A program made the position numbers and the translations under genes. From Camelus dromedarius (lineage: Eukaryota): a stretch of 64,000 nucleotides of DNA. Positions 25,620 to 39,899 of the stretch are shown here, in pieces (positions within the stretch are counted from its first letter, which is position 1; every line of letters begins with the position of its first letter). The notes beneath the pieces are model-generated. The model saw only the letters and a program-made list of their open reading frames with translations. It was not told the origin of the DNA and made no database searches. The stretch is taken from positions 68,202,001 through 68,266,000 of the forward strand of contig NC_087436.1 of NCBI RefSeq assembly GCF_036321535.1, read 5' to 3'.

Positions 25620-26697
25620 CACAGCAAAGGAAACTATAAACAAAACAAAAAGACAACCTACAGAATGGAGGAAAATATTTACAAATGATGCAACCAACAA
25701 AGGACTAATTTCCAGAATATACAAACAGCTCATACAACTTAATAATAAAAAAACAAACACTCGAGTCCAAAAATGAGCAGAAGACCTAAATAAGCATTTC
25801 TCCAATGAAGACATACAAATGGCCAATAGGCACATGTAAAAATGCTCAATATCACTAATTATCAGAGCAATGCAAATCAAAACTACAATGAAGTATCACC
25901 TCACAATAGTCACAAGGGCCATCATTCTAAAGTCCATAAACAATAAATGCTGGAGAGGGCATAAAGAAAGGGGGAGCTCTCCCATACTGTTGTTGGGAAT
26001 TTAGTTTGGTGCAGCCATTATGGAAAACAGTATGGAGATTCCTTAAAAAACTAAAAATAGAGCTACCATATGATCCAGCAATACTACTCCTGAGCAAATA
26101 TCCATTGAAAATTCTAACTTGAAAAGATACATGCACCCTAATGTTTATAGCAGCACTATTTACAATAGCCAAGACATGGAAACAACCAAAATGTCCATTG
26201 ACAGATGACTGGATAAAGATGTGAATATATATATATAATGAATACTATTCAGCCATAAAAAAGAATAAAAGAATGCCATTTGCAGCAACATGGATGGACC
26301 TGAAGATTGTTATAAGTAAGCCAGAAAGAGAAAGAATACCGTATGATATCATTTATATGTGGAATCTAAAAAAAAATGAGACAAATGAATTTATTTACAA
26401 AACAGAAACAAATGCACAGACATAGAAAACAAACTTATGGTTACCAGGTGAGAAAAAGGGTGGAAAGAGATAAATTAGGAGTTTGAGATTTACAGATACT
26501 ACCTACTATACATATAACAGATAAATAACAAGATTCTACTGTATAGCACAGGGAACTTTATTCAATATCTTGAAGTAACCTATAATGAAAAAGAATATTA
26601 AAAGGAATATATGTATGTATATGTATGACTGAAACATTACACTGTACAACAGAAATTGACACAACATTGTAAACCAACTATCTTTAATTAAAAAAAT
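25620..26697 (+). mobile_element. ~1.1 kb L1 3' fragment (ORF2 C-terminus plus 3' UTR) inserted into a MIR
   Basis: acagcaaaggaaactataaacaaaacaaaaagacaacctacagaatgg ... same 3' UTR as 1690-1947; MIR halves at ~25575-25619 and ~26708-26805. Confidence 0.92.
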
Positions 26698-27327
26698 GGG
26701 AGAAAGTCTGCCCAAATTTACAGATATTAGCTGAATAAATCAAGAGTCAAATGCAGGTCTCTCAGAAGTCAAGATTTGTATCCTTTTCACTGTGCCAGTC
26801 TCCCTCTCATTAGTCTCAATTGCATCTTGAAGATATATGTTCAGCAATTACCAGTTCTTAAAATTTTAAAGTGTGCTCAATAAACATTTGTGGATTAGTC
26901 TTCGTCACCAGAACCACACTTAGAAGTCAGCAATAAAAAGGTATGATTTCCAAAATCCCAAGAAATTCCTTCCTCCACAGATAAAAATTCACTCTTCATC
27001 TGTACTTTATTGCCTGATATTCTACAATCACTGATTCTTTTGTTTCTGTAAAAACGTAAGTACCCTACATGAATCATTTGCACTTTAATGTGTAATGAGT
27101 TTATCATTTGGGGTTTTTGTTTTGTTTGTTGCTGCTATTGTCATTGTTGTTCATTTCTGTTGAATTTAAAAGCAGATATTGAGTAAGTTGCTTAGGACCT
27201 AATAAAAAGTGGAGAAAAGAGTAACAGATTGAGCCTAAATTCTTTAATATGATCTATAAGACTTGACATAACCGAGCTCCTGCTTATTTCTAAAACTTCA
27301 TCTCTTGTTACTCCTTTCCTCTCACTT

Positions 27328-27722
27328 TACATGGTCAAATATATTATTGTTCCCAATAGTCTCTTGCCCTCCCATTAAAAGGAATATAATATCCTGGTCA
27401 TTGCCATCAGAGTGGTAGTATCCCCTAGGGGAGAGGAATACTTCCCTGCTCCACTCATGACTAGCTTGGCCATATGTTTGCTTAACCAATGGAATGTGAG
27501 TCAATGGGATTGTGATTTAATCATTTCTATTTTTCTCCCATGAGAGTGTTGTGTCCAACTGGGAATTGTTCCTCCAGCCTTGGTCCTAAGATGAAGACCC
27601 AGTGAGTAGCACCACAACACAATAGCAGATCACCTGCAACATATGTGACAAATAAACCTTTGCTGCAACAACCAAGATGGTGAGCTTGTTACTACACCAT
27701 AACAGTGAAAGTTGACTAATTC
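27328..27722 (+). mobile_element. MaLR LTR (MLT1H/I/J-like)
   Basis: cttggccatatgtttgcttaaccaatggaatgtgag ... aataaacctttgctgc ... cttgttactacaccataac ... tgactaat. Confidence 0.7.
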
Positions 27723-27729
27723 AGCTCTT

Positions 27730-28132
27730 CATCCACACTGTGCTATTTTTAATTCCCTAATTATGTTACACTTCCCCTTACTTAGCATTTGTACTAGCAT
27801 TTCTTTTGTTTAGATCATACTTCTTCCCCGTTTTTTGGCTGTGTAATTGTTATCCAGCCCTTATGCCTCAGCTTGTAAACCTTCTCTGATCCCCCAGATT
27901 GTGTAAAGTGCCCTCCAATATGCTCGCATGGCAACCAGGCTTCCCCTATCCCAACACACACCATGCTGAATTGCAATGCCGGTTTATTGGTCTGTATTCC
28001 TCCTGAGACTGTGAGCTTCATGAAAGAAGGGACAGCATCTGTTGTGCCTCCATTGTTCCCTCAGTGCCAAGATTAGTTCCTGGTTCATAATAAACTCATA
28101 GTACAATTTACTGAGGGAATAAATGAGTGAAA
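27730..28132 (+). mobile_element. L2 3' end
   Basis: gagactgtgagcttcatgaaagaagggacagcatctg ... gaataaatgagtgaa. Confidence 0.75.
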
Positions 28133-28220
28133 GAACAAGAGAATAAGAGGCAGTATGGTGAAAACATTAAGCATATAGTCTTTAGACAACCTGGATTCAA
28201 ATACTGGCTCTTTCACTTAC

Positions 28221-28396
28221 AGAACTAGCTACATAATTTGTGAAGCCCAATACAAAATGAAAATATGGGTCCCTTGGTTTAAAAATGATTAAGAATTTCC
28301 ATATGACAACAGCAGACCATTAAACCGAGCATTAGCCTCTTCTAAACATGGACCCTGTGAAACGGCACAGGTCACATGCCCATGAAACCAACCCAG
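28221..28396 (-). mobile_element. MER45A-like hAT MITE inserted in a MIR (~28150-28550)
   Basis: actagctacataatttgtgaagcccaatacaaaatgaaaat ... gcacaggtcacatgcccatgaaacc; MIR ctggctctttcacttac resumes at ctagctgtgt. Confidence 0.8.
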
Positions 28397-28653
28397 CTGC
28401 CTAGCTGTGTAAACACATGCAGCTAATATTTCTAATGGTTCTGTTTCCTTACATGTAAAATGAGATTAAAATAGGACTGCTGTGAGAGTGGAACAAATTT
28501 TACATAAAGTCCCTATAATGGTGAAACCTACGTAAGTACTCTTTATTATAGATAAAAGAAACTATGGATGTCAATGCAGATTTTGATAATTTCACGTCTG
28601 CCCTTAGGTCTCCTACAGGATACAGGAGATTGTACAGAATGACCAATCTAGAT

Positions 28654-28865
28654 CAGGGGTTCTCAACTGGAGGTGATTCTGCCACCCAGGCAACACTTGA
28701 CAATGTCTAGAGACATTTTTTGGTTGTCACAGCTGGGAGGTCATTCTGGCAGCTAGTAGATAGAGACCAGGGATGCTGCTAAAGTCCTATGATGCACAGG
28801 ACAGTCCCCACAACAAACCATTATCCAGTCAAAAACGTTAAAGGCACCAACACTGAGAAACTCTG
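28654..28865. mobile_element. hAT-Charlie MER20
   Basis: caggggttctcaactggaggtgattctgcc ... agggatgctgctaaa ... atgcacaggacagtccccacaacaaa ... tgagaaactctg. Confidence 0.9.
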
Positions 28866-30214
28866 ACCTAAGGATTGATTTCTGGACTTCCAGAAAGGAA
28901 AAGTTGCTGAATTTTTCAGCCTCTCACTTTCTTCATCCATTAAAAAAATGGCCAATAACATCCAAGCCTACTTACTTTGCAAGGATGTTGTAAAGATAAA
29001 TTTAAGAGCAAAGAGCCCAGCTCTCAAAGGGAAAGGGTACTATTACAGCCTGAGGTGTTATTATCAAGCTGTGCAGCCACTTTCACTCTCAGGAAGCCAA
29101 ATGTTCTACTTGGAAATGATAATTTCCCTGTACTAAATGAGCATTTTACTTCCCAGAGGGAGTAATTTTATTCACCTTGTGCCATCATTGGATTGGGCCC
29201 TTTACAGCTATTGTTCTTACCTTATTTGAAAATTCATAACACACATAACAGAACCTCTCCAGGAGGAATGCACAGCCCACAGTAACAAGCGACACACATG
29301 TGCCCACATGAAAACAATCTGCTAACCCAACCAGCTGTGGGTGTTTATAAACACTGTCCTCACATCCAAAAGCGTGTCAGTAAGACTACTGAGTAAGAAG
29401 AAAAAATAATGTTGTTTTGAGTCATCCTTCACACCAACCACTCTCCCAAATTACAACGTGAGTTAGCAGATAAATGGTAAAACACAATTCTGATTTTCTA
29501 TTTATAAGGCAAATGCTTTCAAGACTAATTGGAATGGCAATAGGTGGTGGGAAGGTGAAGAAACAGGGAAAAGTTCAGGCAGGGAAAATAAAGAAGAAAA
29601 TCCTAGGGAACCACAAATGCACTCTTCCAAAACTCTCAAACATCTTAAATGTATAATTAATCAATAGTTTGTGCGTGAAGATTGCACTGCTTGCATGAAA
29701 TCAAAATGAAACCACATTATAGCAATTAGAAGGAACAAATGTCAGTGCATGAGTTCAGATCAATTGCTTTCTAACTAAATTTGTGTTCACAAAATAATTC
29801 CAGGATGAAAAGTACTAGCAGGGGAAAGATTTACCTAATACGAGTATTGTGTCAGCCTCCTGCTTTTTTTTTCCTTCTTTGTCTGATAGTAGATTAGCAG
29901 AGCTGCCACAGGCATGCTGTGCAGAAGACTGAAGGTGAAAGCTGAGAGGAAGAGCCGCTGAGAACTCTAGAGTATGAATCAACTTATCAAGCGCTGCCAG
30001 TACCTGCACAGGGGGACCCATGGGTGTGAGAACATCTTTCTATGGCTTCCTCTGTGACCAGCAGAGGGAGAGTAGGCAGGAAATAGTAGTGATGACAGCA
30101 AACACTATGGAAAGTATCAAAAGCTCTGGGATCATGTAGAAATATCTTAGCTTTCCACTTTCCAGTGGTGGCACTGCTCCTGTCTGGGTGTTCAGTCCTG
30201 TCTGAGGACTGGCC

Positions 30215-30445
30215 ACTGTGGTGCAATGGAGGCGGAAGGGGGATTGGACTACAAGGGCCAACACCTGGGATCCAATTTCCAGCCCCCTCCAGCTATTCGA
30301 CCCAGATACTAAATATCTAAGTCTCAATTTCCTCTGTAAAATGAGGAATGACATCTGACAGGACTGCTGCAAAGATTAAAAGAGTTGGTGAATACAGAAA
30401 CTCAAAATACTTAACATACAATTATCACTCAATGGATGCTTATTT
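30215..30445 (+). mobile_element. MIR SINE
   Basis: ctaagtctcaatttcctctgtaaaatgagg ... aaagattaaaagag. Confidence 0.7.
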
Positions 30446-33400
30446 ATTCATTCATAGGAAAACCTTTTATTTCCCTACTTAGAAGTGGCAACCCTCCTAT
30501 AAAATCCTATTTTAAATTTATCCTTTCCTAAAACTATCCTTGAGTAGCTATGCAGCATTCACAGCTCTCTTCTACATCATATTCCTTACCCATTAGGTAC
30601 TCAGCTGGAGCTATTACACTTACTCCAGTTGGTGATGCACCTACTTCTGAGGTCCCTCAGCTTAGCATTTGCACATGTCCATGTATGCCATAAGCAATGC
30701 TGAGTTTCTGTTGACTGTGACCTTTACCTATCTTGGAATTGTTAATAGGAGGATCTAAGTGACTGCTGTCAATTGAGTAAACCTTTACATGACCACATTA
30801 CTTGGCTTGGTTGAGGGAAAAACAAGACTGAATTGATTCCATCTCATCACAGGCCTCTCTCCTGTGAACTGAATCTAGAGCCTGAGGCCATGCTGGAGTG
30901 AGGTTAGAATGAGAAGAGAGTTAAATAAGTGGAAGGATTCTGCCAATTTAGACTCCACCCCACCATCTATGAAGAGCATGTTTCTGTCTCTACCATATAT
31001 CCTTTTCTCCTCCTCTTGTTGTAAATTAATGTTTTAAAAATCTACAGTGCCTTTTAGGAATGTTACCCTGAAAATTGATTTAATTACAGTAGATTCACTA
31101 ATTAACGGTATGGAATTTTGCATAAACTTTATTTCTCATGTACTTGATACGCAGAGTCAAGTAAAGAAATATACAATCCAGAAGAATGGGAACATTTATT
31201 ATTTTGCCAAGCAAGTAAGACTTACTACTTCTGTCAAATAAATTAAGGTAAACTACCAAGTGACATCCAAAACCTAAATTGCTGTGCACGTGATATTAAG
31301 TCCCTGATTTGTCAATATGGCCTTTTTAACACCACTCAGAACCAGCTAAGGAGCCCTTTTCCAGCCTCACTATCCTATTCTTTTATTTCACATCTTCAGT
31401 GAATAGACTCACTGCTTTATTTGCTACAGAAGTAATACTTAGACATTCTACCCAATAATAGCCATACCAACCCCTCTTAAATACTGACAACTGCATGTTG
31501 TTGTTTTTACTAACTGATTTTGCTGTTACTGAACCAGAATCTTTAAAATATGTAAATGTGAAGGAAAGAACAAATTTTCAGTCTTCCAACTGTGCTATGA
31601 TCAGCTGTTTTGCTCAAGTCTTACTTTTTCTAAAGCCTCCCTGTGTATTTCTTCCCCTATGTTCAGATATAGAACTGGACAAAACTGCACCAAAGAGCAG
31701 CTGCATAATTAACAGCAATTAACCCTGAGTTCAGTTTAACAAAGGCAACACAATACTCAATTTTGCCCCCGATTCCCAACAATTTAGTCAGAATTCTAAC
31801 TCTGTAATGCCAAGAGATGCTAAAAACAGGTACTACCATCAGAACTGACAGAGAACGTTAACACAGTAAACTTAAATTTGATTCAAGGCTTAGGCTGGTT
31901 GTCATTTAAAAGATGCTTCATCCACTGCTAATAAAAGCAATGCTTCAGTGGCTTTCCTAGATCAGCTGTCTAATGACAGGATTAAAAGTCAAAGATTACT
32001 AGGTTACGAAGAAAGGTTGTTTTGCTTTGTTTTGCTTTTTTACTGTCCACCATGCCATGCTGATCATAAATGACCAAGTCATCTGTGACTAATGCTGGAC
32101 AACACACAATCAACGCCATGCATGTCTTGCTGCTATCAGACAGTGCTTAGAGTTCACCTGGCTCCCCCAAGAGAGAACAGTAGTCATACGTTGTCCAGCT
32201 ACCCCCTCCCAGTTCCCACCTCTCACAATCACCACCAAAAGAATAAAGTTGCTAGAAAAGCTCCCATCCAATCAGCAGAGTCCAGGCCAGATGGCGAGTT
32301 TTGCTGCAGGAAAAGCTAATGGCCTCTTGTGATAGTGAGATCCTCCTCCAGCTTTTCCAGAGAGGAGCCGGTGCTATTGAATTAGCTTTACAAAGGATCC
32401 TCTTTCAGTTTAATCAACATTTGCAGAGGGAGGAATTAAATTGTACTGTCTGTGAATTCAGCCAGCCACCTTCTGTAGTCAGACACTGCTGCTCCTGATC
32501 CCTATGGAGAGTGGACTTTATTTATACAGCCAGGTCAGATTCACGTGTGTATTTATCAGCAATGACGATGGTTCATTTCAAACTCAGCATGTTTGCTTTG
32601 AGAAAGAAAAACAAGTAGAAACCTGAAAAATTAAAACATAAAATTGCCTCCTAAATGCAGACTCAGATTAACAGCTACAAGACAAAGACAGTTGTTTTCT
32701 GGTTGACATTAAAATTTGGAGTTTTTAAAATCTATAGAACCCATTGAAATTTCTTAAATCTGTTGAGTTTGTTCCTCTTCTAATTAAGGAGCATCTTCTT
32801 TTCAAAGTCTGAGACTGTTTAGCTCATTGCTTAGAAGACAGTATTAATATCAGTCCTAGGAGCAACTGCCTTTCTTTCAGTCTATGGCAGTGAATTTCAT
32901 CCCTGTACCTAGTCAGGGAAATTCCCATTGCTGTTCGTAAGTAGTTTAGATGAAACAGTTCATCTAAGTGGAAAGCACTGATCTGAGAGCTCTGAAAGAT
33001 TGACCTTAAGTTACCCTAAGTGAATTCTGATTTTTCTAAGTGCAAATACCTGCATACAGTAGGCATTTAATAAATGTGTGTTGGGTAAATGAAAGAATTT
33101 CTTAGTTCTTTCAAAATCATAGGGAAAAACCTGAGGAGGCATATTTCATTTAAATATATTTATCATAGAAATATAGCACAATTGAAGCATATGGTATTAA
33201 ATCCAGATATTTGGAACTATTTTAAGGGCACTTAGTCTTAAAGAGAAGTGTAATAGTCTTCTCTACAGCAGATTTATCCCCTTATAAAGCAGGGTAATCA
33301 ACTTGTGCTAACAGAAATTTTAAATCTGAATCAAAATAACATTTTTCTTTCCTCTTTCCAGTAATCTTCACACATCTCAGCCTGGAAAGCAGAAAAGGCC

Positions 33401-34899
33401 ACCTCCCTAGACCACACGTGGACCCAGTCAGTAAGCGGCATTCAAAGCATCACCTGCACCACTAGTCGTCTTTCCTTCAGCTCTGTCCTACTCTGTTCTC
33501 CTACACTTTGTTTAAGTGAATGAGGCAAATGAACATTAATCCTTGAGTACAGGTGCAAAAATTCAGAGAAGTCACTGGATTGGGGATTTAGAAAATTCCA
33601 AATCCCAGAAAGCACTAATTGTGTTAAGTAAATCTGAAGCCTTTTAACAAGATGAGAGAGAGTTCATTCCAGCACAATTCAGGGTACCTGATTCCTTCCC
33701 AATCTCTGCAGTGCACAACTATAAATACTATCAAGATATAAGTGAGCAAAACAGGAACTGTAAACAGAAAACTCACAAAAAATTAAAAACTAAGATGGAA
33801 ACATAGCTCACATTGTAAATAAAGAGTTGTTATCTATGAAATAAAAATTAAAGAGAGAATACTTTTTCTCATATAAGCATTTTTACTCAAATCAAAAGAC
33901 AAAATTCCCAAAAATTTATTACTGATTTCTTTAAAATCTAAATCAGTACACATTATAAGATAGTGGTTAGTTTAAATTATGATACTGTTAGAACCAAATT
34001 GTTTACTTCAGTCTCATATTTCAGATAAAAGGATATATACTGTAACATGTCTCTAATTTTATTGAATAGATATATTTCTGATAATTTAAATATATTCACT
34101 ACTTAGTCATTGTTAGTTAAATCTTTCATTATAACTGAAGGTGCATGGAAAAGAGAAGTGTAGTCTCCCATCATCACTGTCATCTTTATCTTCATAGGCA
34201 TCATTAATCATTGTCATCATCACAAAAAACCAGTATTTACTGAACATTTTCTAAGTGCCAAAAACTATGTTTACAAAATCACTACAAATTAGAGATTATT
34301 ATTATTATAGCTGACCAAGTCACAGAGCTTTCTAGTATAGAATTGGAATTTAAGTCCATCTTACTCTAAAGTCCATGTTTACACTGATAATTAAAACATA
34401 CAGCATATTTTAAAAAGCAAGAAAATACACTGTGAAAGAAAATATAAAATGCAAAGGGAAAATATATTCTTTATGTAAAATAGTAATAGAATAATGAAGC
34501 CAGCTATTCAATAGGAATATAACTGGTTGTTTTTTATATTTGATTGTACCAAAGTTGGATAATTGGAAACAATTTCTGTTATTTATTTCTATAACTAAAA
34601 TTCTTTCCCCCTTAAGAATTGATAATATTCAAATAGTCTTTGCTTAGTGGTCCTTATATTTTAAAATATTCAAAATAACTAATTAGGACTCCTAACTGCT
34701 GGTGGTAGACTTGCTGAGTTACCACTTCCCTGCCCAGCCTAATGCTTGGATATGCCACACAGGTAAAAAGAAAGCATGAAGATCTGATATACCAAAGATC
34801 CTGAGGAATCCCTAGAGAGATAAAAGTTTGCTGCAACATGGTGTGGAGAGGAAAATAAAGTCTGGGGCAAGTGGGGGCTTGGTGCCACAGGAGAGGGAT

Positions 34900-37650
34900 G
34901 CATGTTAATGAAAAATCAACAAATTGAGCAATCTAAACTGGGATCAAATATAAATGTAACACATATGAAAAATATGAAATAAGTATAAATATACTTTAAA
35001 GATTAAGGAAAAAGTAAGATTAACCAGAAGTATAGAATGATTTTGACAAGATGTACATAATTATAAAACAAAACTAAAAAATAAAAAAGCAATATAAATA
35101 TTTTAAAGAAAAATTAAACAAATGAACCTAAACATATATTCAGTTTGTGGCATAATCAAAGAGAATAACCCTTCCTAATGACACTAAAACAAAGATTGAC
35201 AATACATCCTTGGAGTAATGTATCACAAGGACAAAAAGAACTGAAAATAATTTTCAGCAATCATATTGTAGGTGGTAGTATTGATACTCAGTCTATGACA
35301 GCTGCAGTTATATTTTAGAATAAAGCAAATAAGAAATCACATGAGTACAGAGATACTGGAATTAGGAACACGGGAAAAGGAGAAACCTATGTAAATAGAT
35401 GAGCTTAAGTAAAAATCCTATAGTCCTGAATTTGAGTCGGAAATGTTGATATGAGTTCATAATGTATTTGATCCTAAAAATATATGTATATATCTCCTAG
35501 CTATAATAAAGACAAACCTAGTAGCTATAAGCTTCCTTGGTGCCCATCTTATGGTCTCTAAGTACCATTTTCCCTAAAGGAAACCATAGCTTCTTAAAGA
35601 AATATGTGATTTGAGGTCTCAACTAGTAAATACATAAAATGAACTTGAAATATCTTGTCATATCAATCAATTCACAAGGAAATTATCAAAGACTTCTGAG
35701 AGTGAGTCAAAAGCACTTAGGAGCCAACTGAAGAGCCCAAAGATGGAGTAATACAAACATCAAGAATTGCAATGCACCTAAAGACATAAAATATGTTTAA
35801 ATCCATTTGTATATGATATTTAGTATGAAAAACAACAAAAACCGAAACAAAATGAAAACTTCACTGGTCACCTTTGGAAAACACTACTTAGAAAACTGGC
35901 AAACAAGTGGAAAGAATCAAGCAAATATTCTTCCTTTCCTATATTTAATTAACTTTATGGTAACCTGAAGAGTTGATGAAGGAAGATAACATAGAATATT
36001 AGTTTTCTAGGGCTTCTGATAAAAAACAAAACAAAACTATGACAAACTGGGTAAGCTTTAAAAATGAGAAATTTATTCTCTGGAAGTTGAAGGCCAAAAG
36101 CCCAAAATCAAGTTTTGGCAGGGCCAAAACTTCCTTCAGAGCCCCTAAAGGAGGATCCTTCTTTGTCTCTTCCAGCTTCTGTTAGCCCCAGGTATTCCCT
36201 GACTTGTGGTAGCATAATTTTAATCACTGTTGCTGTCTTTACATGGTCATCTTCCCTGTGTGTCTGTGTCTAAGTCTGTATCCAAATTTCCCTCTTCCTA
36301 TAAAAACACCAGTCATACTAGATTAAGGACCCACTCTAACGACCTCATCTTAACTTGATTACATATGCAAAGATCCTACTTCCAAATAAGATCACATTCA
36401 CAGGTACAGGAATTAGGACTCAGCGTTTTTCAGGAACACAATTCATCCCATAACATTCCAGCTTATAAATGAGGGTGAGTGAGAAAATAAAATATCATCA
36501 TTTTGCAGTTCCTAATGAAATAATAAACCTAGACAATGATGATCAATAAATGACATCATCCAAAACCTAAAAAGGCCTTTATGGACCTTCTGATAGAAGT
36601 ATTCAATAATTATCTATTGAGAATTTTTGTCCAAAATTCTAAACAAAATCTATTCAAGCTTCTAGTACTTACTATTAATTTACAGCAAATACTGCCTTCA
36701 CAGAAATGATTTTAAAGAACACCACAGGGTTGCAACCAACAAATTCAGACTGTGGGAAACTATACAAAACAAGTAACTGATTTCTTTAGTAAATATGAGA
36801 GAGAAAGAGAAAGATCTATATAAAGAGATTGAAGAGAAAACTCAAGCAATTGCAATATAAACTCTATTTCAATACTGACTTCACCAAATAAACTATAGAG
36901 AATAATTAAAGAGAGAATTACAGATAAATTATGAACTTTAAGTTCTGACTGGATATTTATTAATGGTGAGGAATGAATGTTAATGATAATGGTATGCTTA
37001 GAAATAATGGCTTTGCTTAGAAATAATTCAGATATGTAGGGACACATGCTGAAATATTTATAGATGAAATGTTATGAGGTTTGGGGTTTATTTCAAGATA
37101 ATTTGAAAGGAGGGAGAAAAACAGGTAAGGGTAGAAATGAAACAAGATAAGTCATGAGCTGATAAATGTTTAAGCCAGTGATGGATTAACGGTGGTCTAT
37201 TCTCTTATTCTGTCTACGTTTTTATGTTTAAAATATCCCAAAATAAAATATTTTTTCAAAAATATATATAATAGATAAAATATAAATTCAATACTGAAGA
37301 TAAAAACCTAATCAATAAAGTCCAAGAGCATTAGTGACTAGGGAGATCAGACTGAGGAACACTTCAGATGAACTAAAGATGTGAAACATCAAATTTAAAA
37401 GAATAAGCAAAAGAGATTATTTTTTAAAAAGTCAAAGGACAAAAATGAAACATCTGGACACATTATATGAAATTTAACAGTATCAAAATGAAAAAAAATT
37501 GAAAAGTTTTTAGAGAGAAAAAGATCACTCACAAAAGATAATTATGGGATTATTAAACTTTTCAAGAGTTACCCTAGATATAATTGAATATTTGAGCAGT
37601 ATGTTAAAGTTTTGAAAGAAAATAAATTTCAATACAAAATTTTATACTGC
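34900..37650 (+). mobile_element. Composite of ancient L1 fragments (L1MC/MD-like 3' region plus ORF1-like piece), interrupted by an MLT1
   Basis: A-rich L1M-like segments, e.g. aaatcctatagtcctgaatttgag, gctgaaatatttatagatgaaat, aaaattttatactgcaactaaacta. Confidence 0.65.
35996..36455 (-). mobile_element. MaLR LTR (MLT1B/C-like)
   Basis: attagttttctagggct ... gacctcatcttaacttgattacatatgcaaagatcctacttccaaataagatcacattcacagg ... acaattcatcccataaca. Confidence 0.88.
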
Positions 37651-37659
37651 AACTAAACT

Positions 37660-39890
37660 ATTGTTATAGATTTGCCTATTCTAGACAATGGAATCATATA
37701 GTATGCAGTCTTTAGTGACTTGCTTTAATTTGGCAAAATATTTTCAAGGTCCTGCCATGTTTTAGTACAGTTCAGTCTTTCATTCCTTTATATAACCAAA
37801 AAATATTTCACTGAATGTATATACATTTTGGTTATCCACTTATTGGTTGATGAACACTTGGGTTGTTTTCAAATTTTGGTTATTATGAATAATGCTGCTA
37901 TGGACATTTATGTACAAGTTTTTGTGTGAATATATGCTTCCATTTTTCCTAGATGTATACCACAGAGTTGAATTGCTGGGTCAAATGGTAACTCTATGTT
38001 TAACTTTTTGAGGAACTAACAGATGGTTTTCTAAAGTGGCTACACTATTTCACCTTTCCACTAGTGTGGTATGAGGGTTCCAATTTCTCTGTATCCTTAC
38101 CAACATTTGATATTATTTCTCTCTTTGATTACAGCCATCCTAGTAGGTTTGAAGTAACATCTCACTGTGGTTTTGATTCCATTTCCCTGAAGGTTAACAA
38201 TTTGAGCATCTTTCCATAGCTATTTGTGTATCACCTTCAGAGAAATTTCTATGCAGATGTTCTGTCCATTTTTAAATTATTATTTGTCTTTTTATTGTTG
38301 AGTTCTAAGAGTTCTTTATATATTCTAGACAAGTCTCTTATCAGATGCAAGATTTGCAAATATTTTCTTCCACTCTGTTGTTTAACTTTCTTGATAATGT
38401 CCTTTGATGCACATCAATTTTTAATTTTAATAGTACAATGTATCTATTTTTTCTTTTTTGCCTGTACTTTTGATACCAAATCTAAGAGCCATTGCCAAAT
38501 CCAAGGTCACAAAGATTTGTACCTATGTTTTTTCTTCTAAGAATTTTATAGTTTTAGTTCTTACAGTTAAGTCTGTAGTCCATTTTGAATTAATTTTTAT
38601 ATGTAGTATAAGGTAGGGGTCCAACTTCATTATTTTGCATGTAGCTAACCAGTTGTCCCAGCACTATTTATTGAAAAGATTATTGTTTCCCCTTTGAATT
38701 GTTTAGGTACCTTGTTAAAAATCAAATGACCTTAAAAGTAGGGGTTTATTTCTGAACTCTAAATTCTATTCCAGTGATCTGTATGTCTATCCTTATGCTT
38801 TTTACCACCCTGTGCTGATTACTGTTGCTTTGTAGTAAGTTTTAAAATCAGTATTGTGAGTCTTCCAACTTTGTTCATATATTTAAGATCATTTTGTCTC
38901 TTCTGGACTCTTGAGTTTCCAAAATGAATTTTAAGATCAGCTTGTCAGTATCTACAAAGACTTAAGTTGGGATTCTGATTAAAATTGCATTGATTCTGTA
39001 GATCAATTGAGGGAATATTTTCCTCTTAAGAAGATTAAGTCTTCTAATCTATGAACATGAGATGTTTCTCCATTTACTCAGGTCATCTTTAACTTCTTTC
39101 AGCAATGTTTTATCATTTTCAGAGTGCAATTCTTCATCTGTCTATTACTTTATAATTATTTGATTCTTCTGTATGCTATTTTAAATGAAATTGTTTTCTT
39201 AATTTCATTTTTCAATTGTGTATTGCTAGTGTAGAGAAATACAGTTGGTTTCTATATATTAATCTTGTATCCTGTAACCTTTCTGAACTAACTAGTTCTA
39301 AAAGCGTTTAATGGATTCCTTATATTCAAGATCATGTCATCTGTGAATAGGGGTAATTTTGCTTTTCCCTTTCCAATTTAAGTGCCTATCATTTCATTTC
39401 TTGCCTAAAGTTTCCCTGGCTAAAACTTCTAGTACAATATCGACTAGAAGTGGCAGTAGACTACATCTATGTCTTGTTCCTGATCTTAGGGGGAAAGTAT
39501 TCAGTCTTTTACCATTCAGTATAAAGTTAGCTGTGGATTTTTCATAAATAGCCTTTATCAGGTTGAGGAAGTTACCTTATATTCCAAGTCTGTTAAATGT
39601 TCTTATCATGAAATGGTATTGGATTTTATGAAATGCTTTTTCTGCATCTATTGAAATGATCATGTGGTTTCTTTATTCTTTATCTGCTTGTATGGTGTAT
39701 CATATTCAGATGTTAAAGCAATTTTGTTCTCCTGGGATAAATCTTTTTGGTCTTGGTGTATAATTCTTTTTCTATGTTGCCAGACACATTTGCTAGGATT
39801 TTGTTGAGCATTTTTACATTTATTTTCACAAGAGATACTGATTTGTAGTTTTACTTTTCTTGTTATTTCTTTGTCCGGTTTTCTTACCAG
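37660..39890 (-). mobile_element. L1 (L1MB/MC-like) ORF2 to 3' fragment, ~2.2 kb
   Basis: Antisense L1 hallmarks: gaattgctgggtcaaatggtaactctatg, gtcttgttcctgatcttagggggaaag, tttttctgcatctattga. Confidence 0.9.
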
Positions 39891-39899
39891 AACAATTTA

